Of a DNA stretch of 64,000 nt, positions 24,612-35,645 are shown in pieces. Each line of letters begins with the position of its first letter. Positions within the stretch are counted from its first letter, which is position 1. The DNA comes from Klebsormidium nitens (lineage: Eukaryota > Plantae > Klebsormidiophyceae): NCBI GenBank assembly GCA_000708835.1, contig DF237121.1, positions 97,260-161,259 of the forward strand, given 5' to 3'. Made by a program: the position numbers and the translations under genes. Under the pieces are notes generated by a model. The model saw only the letters and a program-made list of their open reading frames with translations, was not told the origin of the DNA and ran no database searches.

Positions 24612-24830
24612 ATTCTGGCAACGGAAGTATTCACTAAATAGAGTGTTCAGTGTTCACTAACATAGGCAACCGGGGGACGGTAGGGTTGGTTTGGTAGTTA
24701 GGATTGGTTGGGGTGCTTAGCCCGTGAGACCGGTAGTTACGTTAGGTCTTTTTTACATTAGTAATTTGTGCGCCCGGGGCTTATCAATCGTAATGAACAC
24801 TCTGTTTAGTGAACACTCCCGTTGCCATTA
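24612..24830. mobile_element. Mutator-like MITE with 10-bp TSD
   Basis: Exact direct repeat CCCGTCTTCC at 24602-24611 and 24831-24840. TIRs of about 34 bp: TGGCAACGGAAGTATTCACTAAATAGAGTGTTCA / TGAACACTCTGTTTAGTGAACACTCCCGTTGCCA. Confidence 0.8.
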
Positions 24831-25226
24831 CCCGTCTTCCGAAACCGTCGGAGTCTGCGGCGTTCTGAGAGACTGAGACACAGCAACTCCCGGGCACTCA
24901 GCACGGTTCCTAAACCTCCCCCGGTCTTCTATTCTGCAAGGAAGGCTCTGTCCCGGGAAAACTCTCCCACAAATCCCGGCATGGCCGGGAGTCGGGAGCT
25001 CAAACTTGTGAGTCGGGGCTCGGGACCCGGTTGCATCTCCCGAGCCCAAGTATACTGCTTTGAAAAGTATCCATCATTGCTGTGTACGATCAGGCGTCGT
25101 CAGCTGAAAACAGAACATTGGGAATTCGAGTTGGAATCATTTCAACCGTTTAACGGCAATGGCGGGTGCTTTAGCGGCACCAACAACCGGCGGCGCCGAG
25201 CACAGGAACTGACAGACGTACTGCAC

Positions 25227-26386
25227 CAGGGGTTCTGGCGGGGCGCCAAACGGGGCGCAGAGCGCCCCGGGGCAAATCCTGGCGCCCCCGGGCGGAAGCC
25301 CGGGGCGCCACAGCGCCCTGGGCCGCAGGCCCCGCCTACTCTTGGAAAGTACTAGATCCAGGCCGCCTCAACCGGGAACTCTGATCTGATTTCTAAGTAT
25401 AGATTATCAGAGCGATTGCCTGGACATATCAGGACACAAAGGAAGCCCATATGGTTCCAGAAGGAGGAGATAAGCACTTGTATTTAATTAAAAATGCTAC
25501 AAATCCAAGTCGAGACTCGAGTTCTCTACACTTAGCCAAGTATCATGATTATAATAAATAATCTGCAAGGGTATGCTTCGATAGAGGCATTTGTTACTAT
25601 AAGGAAGGCGTCATTTTGAAGCTGTACCCCCCCTATTAACTACGGAGCCCTTTTCGCCAGAGGATCCAAGTTACCCCCCCATCATAGCAGGCTGACCTGG
25701 CGCAAGTCCTAGGTCCCCCCCCCTTGTCTTCTCAGTTTTCGAAGGCTTCAGGTCCCCCCCCCATCACAAGATTCGGCAAATTGCAAAAATCAAGGTCATA
25801 TTAGACTGCACAGAGCTTTTACCAGAATGTACCATCGGTTTTGGGGGCCTTTTGCACTTTTTGAAAGGATTTTGTACCAGATTGTAGAGGCATTTGCTTG
25901 TCAAAATGGATGATATGCCATCATCGAAGCCCATTTCCCCCCTGCACCTTCAACATATACAACCTGCAAAGGTCCCCCCCCCATGCAGCCTTGGGGATCT
26001 TGGAACAGCTGCAAGTCCCCCCCCCTTCCCAACCCTCGAAGCGGGTTTCGGTTCGAGGTCCCCCCCCCCATAACAGTTAATAGGGGGGGTTCCGCTTCAA
26101 AATGACGCTTCCCTAATAGGACCTGCTTTGGAAACGAGGGCAGCGATTCTTTTTGACTTTTTGCCGACTGCTTGTACCGTATACGGTAGAGGCACAGGAG
26201 GCAGCCCTGGGGACCGGTATGCACGAATTCGGCTCGGTTAACCGTTAAGCACAGCTTCCGCCAGAATACCTATTGTACCGGGCGCTGGCGCCCGGGCTTG
26301 GGCGCCCTAGGTAAGCTGGTCGGCGCCCCGGGGCAAAGCCCAGGGGCGCCACAGCACCTCCGGGCAAAATCCTGCTAGAACCCCTG
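25227..26386. mobile_element. Non-autonomous hAT element
   Basis: 8-bp TSD TACTGCAC (25219-25226 and 26387-26394). TIR CAGGGGTTCTGGCGGG / CCTGCTAGAACCCCTG (14/16). Clustered GGCGCC(C)CGGG subterminal repeats at both ends. No transposase ORF. Confidence 0.88.
25603..26113. mobile_element. PIF/Harbinger (Tourist)- or Zator-type MITE nested in the hAT element
   Basis: TAA|GGAAGGCGTCATTTTGAAGCTGTACCCCCCCTATTAACT...AGTTAATAGGGGGGGTTCCGCTTCAAAATGACGCTTCCC|TAA (TIR about 39 bp, 3-bp TWA TSD). Internal GGTCCCCCCCCC repeats. Confidence 0.8.
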
Positions 26387-28379
26387 TACTGCACCGTCGG
26401 CATCCGGAAACGGTTAAACTTAGTTTCAAAGTTTAATTTGTTGGATGCGGTCACCCCCTAAAATTCGGGATGACGTGTGCACTGACGAGATCGCGGCTGC
26501 ATTGTGCAATAATTCGCTGTGCCGATCAGCGTTCGACACGGAGTTTTAATTTCGTCGGCTCCCAGGCCGACTTTTCTCGGTCCGTCCGCTGGAAGCCTTG
26601 GAACTCTGAACCGGTCGGTGTGTCATCCAAACACCATTCTGTCGGCTTCTCGGCAGACGCCCCTCAGTTGAGTGGGCCGGGGCCCAGGTTTGCAGTTTCG
26701 TCGGCTGATCGACGTTTGGCGGGCTTGACGGCTCGCGGCCGGCTTCAGGTTGTCATTATTGGTTGACGATGGTAAAGGCCGACAGTCGGAGTACGGATGA
26801 GCAGCCGAATGCGGCGTGGCGATGACCAATCATTTCATTTTCATGTGGTAGAGTTTGCATGCGTTATCAAGGCTGGAAGAACGTCAGCCACATTGCTAAT
26901 AATACGTATATGATTGTATAGGTCGAACATAAGTACTAAGTACAATACCGTACTTGCATTCACAGATCCTGATTGGCCAAGCCTGGAGTCCGAAGCACCG
27001 CAGGCCGTACCGTACGACCGTACGTTTGCGTTGTTCAAAGTTTCAGACTCACAGTATACCGGTAGAGTCTAGACACTCTCGATCAGTCTCGACTCTCGAG
27101 TCTCGAGCCTTGACTCACGATTTGCACTGAGTCGAGCAGCGTTCTCTCGAGTTGCGCAACTTCGAAGCGACGCCGGCGGCTGGTAGGCGGTTGGATCAGG
27201 GTGTCTTGTACCGGTATGATGTAGCTCTGACCGTTTACTTCGACTGGTGAAAGGTTTGATTCAGCAAACGAGCTTCTAGAATCTTCCGGCAGCACGCGCC
27301 GTGCGTGTCACGCACACCGTAGTACTACAGTGGTACTGCCATTCAGTTTACCGCTTTGTTACGTGCCTTCACAACAGTAATAAGTATCCTCGACTTCCGT
27401 TCTTCGGTTCTTCTACGGTTAAAGTTCTTTGTATCTTCGAATATACCTATTCCTCTCACACCAACTGGCGTGACGCCGCGACTCGGGCCGCGGCTAGACG
27501 GCAAGGTACATACTACAGTCACTAGCGATTCAGAATATCACGGCTTTGATGGGGTTTGAGATGGGTGCCCGAGGAATGATGCAATGATAGTACGACAGGA
27601 AGGCTGCTCAGCCAATCACGGTGCTACAGAGTACGGCATTGAGTCAGCAAACAAATTAAATGGGTCAGATACTACCTAGGTAGGACTAGCTGTCAACGTT
27701 CAAAGGGCGTTCAAACTTCAGACGTTGTCGAAGACCTGCACGGAAAACAATGCTACGTTATAGGACGCATGACTTGGTTCGGAACGCGTGCAATTCGTTC
27801 GCTGCTGGACTTGTTGACTTGTATGTAAACCTTTGTTCTTTGACAAATGCAGGTGGAAAAAAGAGAATAGTGGTAGTGTCTCTGCCCCCTGCGAAGAGCG
27901 TCTCGTCACTGGTGCCTCCACACAATTCACAATACAGCCGTGCATACGCAAGTTTGTGACCGGCCACGTAAACTGCCAGACTCGTGCCGGTCACATAGAT
28001 CTTTCTTCAAACTTGGTGTCGGTTGGCTTGAATCATCCGAGTCCCCAGAAATTTTCTGCCGGTACCCAATACCAGGGCCGGTAACCTCAGCTCTTTCTGA
28101 TTGTATATCTATTATTGAGAATCCACGAACGGAGACGGTTCTGGTTTCCGATGCAGGTTAGACGGTGACAGCCTGACAGGCCTCAGATCGATCAAAAGTG
28201 TCGTGCTTGAGTAGCTACTAACCTAGTAGCGCCACACTAGTACCTACCTAGTAGGTAGATCCTTTCGCAGTCCGAAGTTCGAACAAGCAAGGCGGGTTTC
28301 AGGATCTGGTCAAGAGCCTCTGAGTTCCGGTTGTATTATATATGTGGACTCCAAATGTTCATCAAGGAGTCCAGCACAA

Positions 28380-28512
28380 TGTCAGTATTAGTGTCAGGGT
28401 TACTGTTAAGTAGTGTCAGCACTGTCAAGCTGCCGCTGATTGAATCAGCTGAGAATAAGCCTTGACACTGAAATAGATACTGACAACACAAACATAGACT
28501 CTGACAGTGACA
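28380..28512. repeat. Mirror-arranged TGTCA/TGACA foldback (possible old MITE)
   Basis: Four TGTCA(G) motifs, a central GCTGAT-TGA-ATCAGC palindrome, then four (C)TGACA motifs. No TSD identified. Confidence 0.4.
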
Positions 28513-29660
28513 TCAAGATTGACAAGAACCATGATGCATCGGTTCCTTTGACTTTTGATACGCCCGGTCTACCGGGTCGTTTCCCGGTCGAAGTCCTCGC
28601 GGACCGGTAGAAGTCGCCGAATCCAAGTCTGACACGCTGTCAGAAATCGACCCAATAGGAGAACGCCTTATTTCTTTGCGAAAATATTCTCACAAGCGTG
28701 ACAAGGAGACGTAAACAATGAAGACTACCTTTTATAAATTAAATATCGTCGAACTTCGCAATGTGTGCGTGGGCAATGAGCACTCTGTCTGCACATACTG
28801 AGCACTACAGAATCCAAGGCCGAGCGTTCGTCTGTGCTCGCATCCCGAGATTAGACTCGGAGCTCATCCAAGATTAGACCTCGGCCGAGATTAGGGTAGA
28901 AGACTGGGAACTGCGGTGGAGTATGGTTTTCCAACTGAAAACCCCCATATCTGGTTGCGCAAAATGGCGCAATATTGATCAATCAGACTGCGCACACTCG
29001 TTCATACATATCATTATGAGAACATTGGCGCCACATTGTCATATGACCTGCCTTCAGTCAATCCCGGATCACCTTTCAAAGACGATCGACGCGGTGTCTC
29101 AGAATACGGCCTGCCAACACCCAAAAGGGCCCTGATTGAACCGCTTTGAGTAAATGCATCCCAATAAAGCTTAGAAGTATCTAGTAATCTGAGGCAGCTT
29201 ATGGTCTCGACAGGAGCAGAAGGACTGAAAAAAGTCATGAGAAGCTCGACTTGGCAGTATTTTTCAGATTCTGAATCAGGCTTTCTTGTCAGTCACGCCG
29301 GAATAAGCACCTCAGAGCTATTAAAAAGCACCAGCTAAAAAAACCCCAGGTGATATCGTGGCAAGACCTATGGTCGAGTAGAAGAGTACTCTTCTTGCCG
29401 CGGCACTTGTGAAGTCCCTTGGGGCCTTCTGACATGAAAGCGATCAGTGGCGACTCCTCAAAAGAGGAGGAAGGACCTTGCCATTTGCACAAACCATGCT
29501 AGGCACTTTGCGACGTGGCGCGTCCGGCGGCTGATCTGCGCACTGGGCTAAAGAGGGTGGGGCCGTTGCAGGAACATCGGACGGCGCGGCAGGGACTCTG
29601 GATCCATACGGTGAGAGAAACCAACCCCTTGCTCGATGTTGGATGCTACCACTCATCCAG

Positions 29661-32261
29661 CTTGACAAGAAAAGTGTTTTCTTGTTTGATGGGCCTGGCT
29701 TGCGATTGGAAACTAGAAGGGTGAGCTTTCCAGCTCAGTGGGCCGCCTTACTTAAAGAAAAGGACGAAAATGTGTTCTTGTTTGATGGGCGCTGTACTTT
29801 GGCTTGGGAGCTGGAATTGAAAGGATGAGCTTTCCAGCTTCTGTGGGCTGATCTTAATCACTCAATCACTCAGAATAACAGCTGGGCAAGGGGGCTGACA
29901 ATTGCGGGAGCCAAAACGGGTGCTCTGATAAGGTGGTCATGGCACCCGCATCTTCAAATGCGCTAGGAGCTCCAGGTGATGAAAAGAAATGGGTCCAAAA
30001 GGGCTGTGTGAGAAGCGCGTTTATTGTTCAGAGATATCCAAAAGAGGCACAGAGTGGTGCTGGCAGTTTTATGGGCGCTCGGAAAGAGTCATCAGGGCAG
30101 AATTTTGGATAACAGAATATTGTCGCAAGCAGTTCACTCAATGTCCAGTTAGACAATAAAGGCTAAAAAAGGCTCTGATCCTGAGCGAGCGCTGCGTATC
30201 AGTTTTCAACCGACCAATGCAATCCTTTTCAAGAATATCAGCCAATAAAATGATGTGCCGGTGCTTTACAGGAGGTTCCGTACCCGCAGGCCCTTGGATC
30301 TAGGCAATCCCGGTGAATGTAACTGCCCAATTGGGCTGGTGGCAAGTGACAAAGCCTTTCTTCACTGGGACAGAATTCTATCAATTCTGATTTCATACGT
30401 TGCGCTTAAAAGTTCCAAGGTAAGACGCTTCAACCACCACTTTGGAATCCTTGCACTGACTGTCAAATGTCTGAGTTTCCTAAGACGCCTTGCTTTTCTC
30501 TCTAGTTTGATGTGAGTTGATGAACCCACAAAAAGATTGGCAGTGTGTTCATAGTGCACAAGCTTGTATGAACTGCATCAGCTCTGAAAAAGCCAAATTT
30601 CTCAAAGGGCTGAGGTGCCCATTGCAAGAATATTCAGGCAACTTCCTGAATCTTCCCTTCAATGTATCAGGCCTGAATTGCAAAGGGCTTACTGAAAGTC
30701 TTTCCTCTATAACAACGTCTCCGCTGTACAAGGTTCCACTAAGGACTCCTCCGTGCAAACCCCCTCTTGCAAAGCTTTCAAAGACATCCCCCCACCCTTA
30801 ACCCAACCCACAGCTTCAGAGCTTCCCCAATTGATCTTCTTTCAAATATCACAGGAGGTTCTGGCTGCTAACCATGCTGATAACCAGACTCGAGGCTCAG
30901 GGTATTGGACAGATGACCCGGCTCTCACCTTGCTTCAAGGCTGGTTACCGCCCAAGTCTGGCTAGGTATTGGACAATGAACCACTTTGGAACCAGCCCAT
31001 AGCCAGCCCATAACCATCATCGTTACGGGCCAAAACCTCCTGTGTTAATGAATGCACTGTTCCTCTGTGGTTGCAGAACGCACCTTGAACCATTCCAATG
31101 TTTACGTGTAGATGACGTCACCAAACGCCACCGAAAAGGATTCCGTGAGTTGCCAACGAAAGCATGGGCCGGAAGGCTCCCGTAAAAGCGAGACAATAAC
31201 CAGCGGCCTGGCGTTTTGAAGGTGTCCGAAAAGCACCAGAAAGTGCCGCAAAAGAATGGGAGTCCAATAAAACGTAACCGTATCTGTGGGCAGACCGCAA
31301 CCATTCATTCAGTTGAATAGCGCTCACAATCATCACAAGCGGTGCGCGAAGCTTTTCATCCAGAAGGTTACTTTAATTCAAAGGGTAGACAATCTGATCA
31401 CGAGCGCCTCAATTGAGGCGAACTTCTATCGAGGTGGAAGGATTTTGGAAATCCCGCTTTGACACCTCGATCTTTTCTCTCGACTTTGTTGGTCATCTGC
31501 TTTTCCGCAATGGGGTTAAACTCGTACTCCAAGGCCGAGACTCTAATCTCAAGTGTGTCAAAGTTAGCTAGAAAGATTCAAGCTCGACAGCCTCTTTTGT
31601 CCAGAATACAAGATATCATTCCAATTCCAGAGCTACTCAGATGAGAAGATCGTCCTTCATGACTTTTCTTCTTGGGTTTGCGCCTCGAGGTTGCCAAGTG
31701 CACGATTGAGATGAGCTCTTCTTTGTGCTTTCATTCTAAGACTGCTGAAGGGAATGTGCCTTCGAGAGTCAACCTGAGGGCTCAATCTCCGGATATATGA
31801 TCAGGAAACAACTGATAAGATCCTGAAGAGTTCAGAGTCTGCATAAACGATTCCTTCTGATGCAGGCTCCTTTGCGAGTCAACTTTCTATGCAAAAACAA
31901 GATAGATCTTCTTGATTGCTTCTCAATCAATCCTTCTGCTCTCCGGTTAGTCCTTTCTTTCTGTCCTGGCACACCAATCCAACCAGCTCAGCTTCGGTTT
32001 CAAACGGATATTGGGCGCGGGAGTGTTCCTACTCCTCCATCAATTCAAGGTTTTGCAAAATCTAGCAGGGCTTGATTGAAGTCTGAGCAGAGATCTTCTT
32101 CGGCTCTGTCGACTTACCCGATTCAAACTTACCTGCTTCCAGGTTTCGACGGATCCAGCGAAAGCCCTGACCACCAGACACGGTCCTTTTCTTCTTCAGG
32201 CTACATGACCATGCCAACCTCAACATTGAAGAGTTAGACTGGGGGACTGACAACCGGGCAG
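29661..32261 (+). other. Putative degraded upstream exons of paralogue B
   Basis: Exon-like CAG|CTTGAC...AGAAGG|GTGAGC (29661-29720) with its own downstream echo. Segments at about 30670-30790, 31080-31280 and 31605-31700 align loosely, in inverted collinear order, with paralogue A segments (e.g. LHDFSSWVCAS vs LHDEASFCAS). No continuous frame could be rebuilt. Confidence 0.35.
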
Positions 32262-33536
32262 ATGGAGAACGAATCTGGTTTCGCGTGGCCTTCCCCTGTC
32301 GAGCCACGTGGCGGCTTCGGGTTCGCCAAGGGCCAGCAGGCGATGTCAACCGACGGCCCCTCAACGCTGGAGTGTCTGCTCGACGAGGCTTACCGTGCAC
32401 CCGACACGTCCTGGCAGTCTTTCCCTGGTCACTTTTCTGGGGGGCAAACTCCCGCCGCTTTTCCCCCCTCATCGGGTGAACTCTCTGGGTGGCCAGCTGA
32501 AAGCTTTCCCGCCCCTGAACCGTCCCCGTTTGAGGGCTTCCAGCCGTCTGCTTCGCCCGGAGGGATCCCTCCCTGGACAAGCGCGCCGTTCCCCGGTCAG
32601 GGTGACTCGGTTACGGCGATAACCCGCGCGTTTCCGGGGCAGCCGATTGTGATTAACCACTACCACTACCACAACGCTCAGTCTTTCGACCCCGCTCCCT
32701 CGTCCGGGCATTACCTGGGTCAGCAACAATCAGTCGGAGGGCACTCCCCGCCTCAAGTGCAGTCATCTCCCCCGGGTTACTCCTCACCGGTTAGCGACAA
32801 CCCCGCACCCCGGTACTACGGTTCTCTCCCATCAGACGGGTATCTAACCCGCCCCTTCAACCGGGCGGAAACCATTCTTAACCCGGGTTACCCTCCAACC
32901 CGGTCGGTGTCGCACTCGAAGCCCCTGACGTTATGTCCTGAGCTTGCGGCGACTGACTCCCCGGAAACCCAAACTAACTACCCGGGGTTTCCGTCCAACC
33001 GCCCACTAACCCAGGTGTTATCACAGCCCCGACCCGAACGCTCCCAGTCCTTAACCGAACCGGTTCTGGCCGGGGCCCATAAGCGCCCGGGAGGTGCGGA
33101 AGGCGAGCCGGGAAGGAAGCGCGCGCGCGCGCGCAGCGCTCCGCCTACATGGTTTGAATTGCCCGGTGAGGCCGAGTCCCCGGGTCAACTTAACCCGTTC
33201 CAGGATGTCCCGTATGGAAAGCGACCAGGTCAGACCGCGGCTCTGAGAGAGCTCGAAAACTCCTGGCTTGGGCAGTACGCTTACCCCGTCGTTAACCCAT
33301 CTGAAAACCCGGCTGGTAACCCAGTTGAAGCTGCTAACCCGGTTTTCAGCGGGGTTTCTCAGCCGGTTTCGATCAACCCGGTCCCTATGTCGCAAGGGAG
33401 GGAAGTCAAGGAGCGCACCGTAGCAGTTTCCCGGCCGCCCCATTTGTCTAATTATCTCCAGGGAGCGCTCAACCGGTTCGTGGCTGATTCGTCGGGTAAC
33501 CCGGGCGGCCAAGGGTTGGGGGGCCGCCGGCAATAA
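32262..33536 (+). CDS. Hypothetical 424-aa Pro/Ser-rich protein (paralogue B) with NLS-like KRP...RKRAR motif
   Basis: Uninterrupted ORF. A splice acceptor lies at about 32200 and an in-frame TAG at 32235 precedes the ATG. Motif blocks are shared with the minus-strand copy at 19629-20634. No domain recognised. Confidence 0.55.
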   Translation: MENESGFAWPSPVEPRGGFGFAKGQQAMSTDGPSTLECLLDEAYRAPDTSWQSFPGHFSGGQTPAAFPPSSGELSGWPAESFPAPEPSPFEGFQPSASPGGIPPWTSAPFPGQGDSVTAITRAFPGQPIVINHYHYHNAQSFDPAPSSGHYLGQQQSVGGHSPPQVQSSPPGYSSPVSDNPAPRYYGSLPSDGYLTRPFNRAETILNPGYPPTRSVSHSKPLTLCPELAATDSPETQTNYPGFPSNRPLTQVLSQPRPERSQSLTEPVLAGAHKRPGGAEGEPGRKRARARSAPPTWFELPGEAESPGQLNPFQDVPYGKRPGQTAALRELENSWLGQYAYPVVNPSENPAGNPVEAANPVFSGVSQPVSINPVPMSQGREVKERTVAVSRPPHLSNYLQGALNRFVADSSGNPGGQGLGGRRQ

Positions 33537-35645
33537 GCTCTGAGGATTGAAAGTTTCTTGTGGCTTTGTTGTTTGATTGACGATAAAGTTTACATAGATT
33601 GAGTGTATTCTTAAAATAATGTTGCTAATCATCAGAAATCAATTGCCTTAGGATTGTAAAGGTTTGAATAAAACAATCGTAGTCAAATGTAAAATGGAGG
33701 TTGCTACGTACACAGGACGTGCACAGAGCAAGCCAGAGATCGCTGCGAATTGCAAACCCGCTATGCACGAACACTAACTGAGAACTACTAACCCTAATTA
33801 AATTAACATTTAACTAGACGCAATGACTGGGGTGGAATAGCGAGATTGGAGACGCAAAGGATCGGTCGGCTGACCGCTTATGAACCTTCTTCGCTTGTGA
33901 CGTGCTTGAGGATTGATACATCAAGGACTTCAAAATCAGAGATTACCCGGGAATGATCGAAGACCGCTTCCGATTGATCCTGAGTCTGAACGCACTGTGC
34001 CAATGCCGGGGGCATAGTCTCTTCTCGGACCTAGATTCTGATAGAAGCGGGCACCGTTTTTAGTACCATCTATGTAAAAACGAGGGGCGGAGCTCATGTG
34101 CATTCAATCAAACGGCCAGGATAGGGCAGCTCGTCGGACGGCGCGTCTTTCGTGCAGGATGACTTCAGACTATACAACTATGATGTACTATATTTTAAGC
34201 ACGGATCGCCGATAAGATTCTCAATTTCAACAATGAGGACAATTCTTATCTGCTTCGTACAATGAAAGTGATATTAAAGGGTGCATGAACGGTGTCATCA
34301 ATTCAGTCTATCATCGTACGTTTCTAGCTTTCAGGAATGAAAGCGTAAGATCATTGGAGCGCAGCTCGATTGTATCTAAGATGAAAATGTCACTTGGATC
34401 GGACGGCGTTCAATGCTCATTTCATGGCGGACAATCCGCTCGGAGCCTGGCTGTCCCTTCATTCCCTCGAGTCCGTTCAAACGGTCCAAAACACTTCCTT
34501 GCCAGTCCAAGCGAGCGGGCGCGGTCGCGCCCGCTCAGCACACATGGGCACTGTATTTTCCAATTTCGCCGCACGGAAAATCACGTATACATATTGCTTG
34601 CAAGTTGTTGTCAATAGTCCCATCAATTTTCATGCATGCAAGATTCAAGTTTGCATCCGACAAGAGAGGAAGGACGATTACAGTACGTAAAGAATGATTC
34701 ACATGAGCCAATCGGTCGAGGATCCGCAGAGACTCTGAACATATTAGTCTGGTCGATCCGGGTCACTCACATCCCATGGTATGCCATACGATTAGGAACC
34801 GTACAAGATAACGAGGATTGATGGAAAGGAACCATTCGACCAATCAGAGATTGAGCCGCCTCGATCTGTTATAGATGACCAACGCCGGCCGACGATGTTC
34901 ATTGCGGAGGCCAGGCGGCTAGCTGCTTATACCGATGTAATAAAGGCGAATCTGCCGCCGCGGATATCCGATACATACGTACGTTTGTATAGTGACAATG
35001 CAGGCCGGCTGTGTACTAACCTGATATATATTCGACTGCATGCCCTGGAAGTGTGAACTTTACAACCGTCGATCTGCTTCGAGGCTTGTTTCAAGGCCGG
35101 CTCAGGATCTATTTGGCATATTGTGGGCACATGGTATAGTAAATGTGGGCCGCGCGCTGAGTCAGCCAGGATCACTCACTGAGTGCCCCGGATACCGTTA
35201 TTGCATGCGACCAACAAACTCCACTGTCGGAGTCACTTCATCAATTGGGAAGCTCGAGATGCCATGCATGGTCTCCTTTGAACAGATTGATTGAGGACAG
35301 AGGCAGCTGCATTTATACTAAGTCGCGCTTCGATCCCGTCCAAGTGGGGGACATAATCAAGCAAGAGTCATCTAAACTTTGCGCAGAACGATCGGAGTTT
35401 GATTTGGTTCCGACCGAAGGTTCCTTGACGACATTGGTAAACATGTATGTGTGTGTGTCCAGTGGCATTTAAAGACATTCGCCGCCTCAAAACCAGGCCG
35501 CGGCCCGGCGCACGCGCGCAAGATGTCCTTGAACCTTGTTAACTCGACGTACACCCGACGGACGAGCACGACTAGCTTTGGCCAGAATTATGAAGTAACC
35601 GTCTCTGTCACTGTCCAATCAATACCTTTCAACTAGCCTCCTCCA

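Noticed and set aside
24822-25355. 177-aa ORF
   Set aside because: Starts inside one MITE end and runs into the hAT TIR; a chimeric by-product of GC-rich repeats.
32650-32675. NHYHYHN in paralogue B resembling NNYHYQN in the REC tail (about 5370)
   Set aside because: Short compositional match in low-complexity sequence; no flanking similarity.
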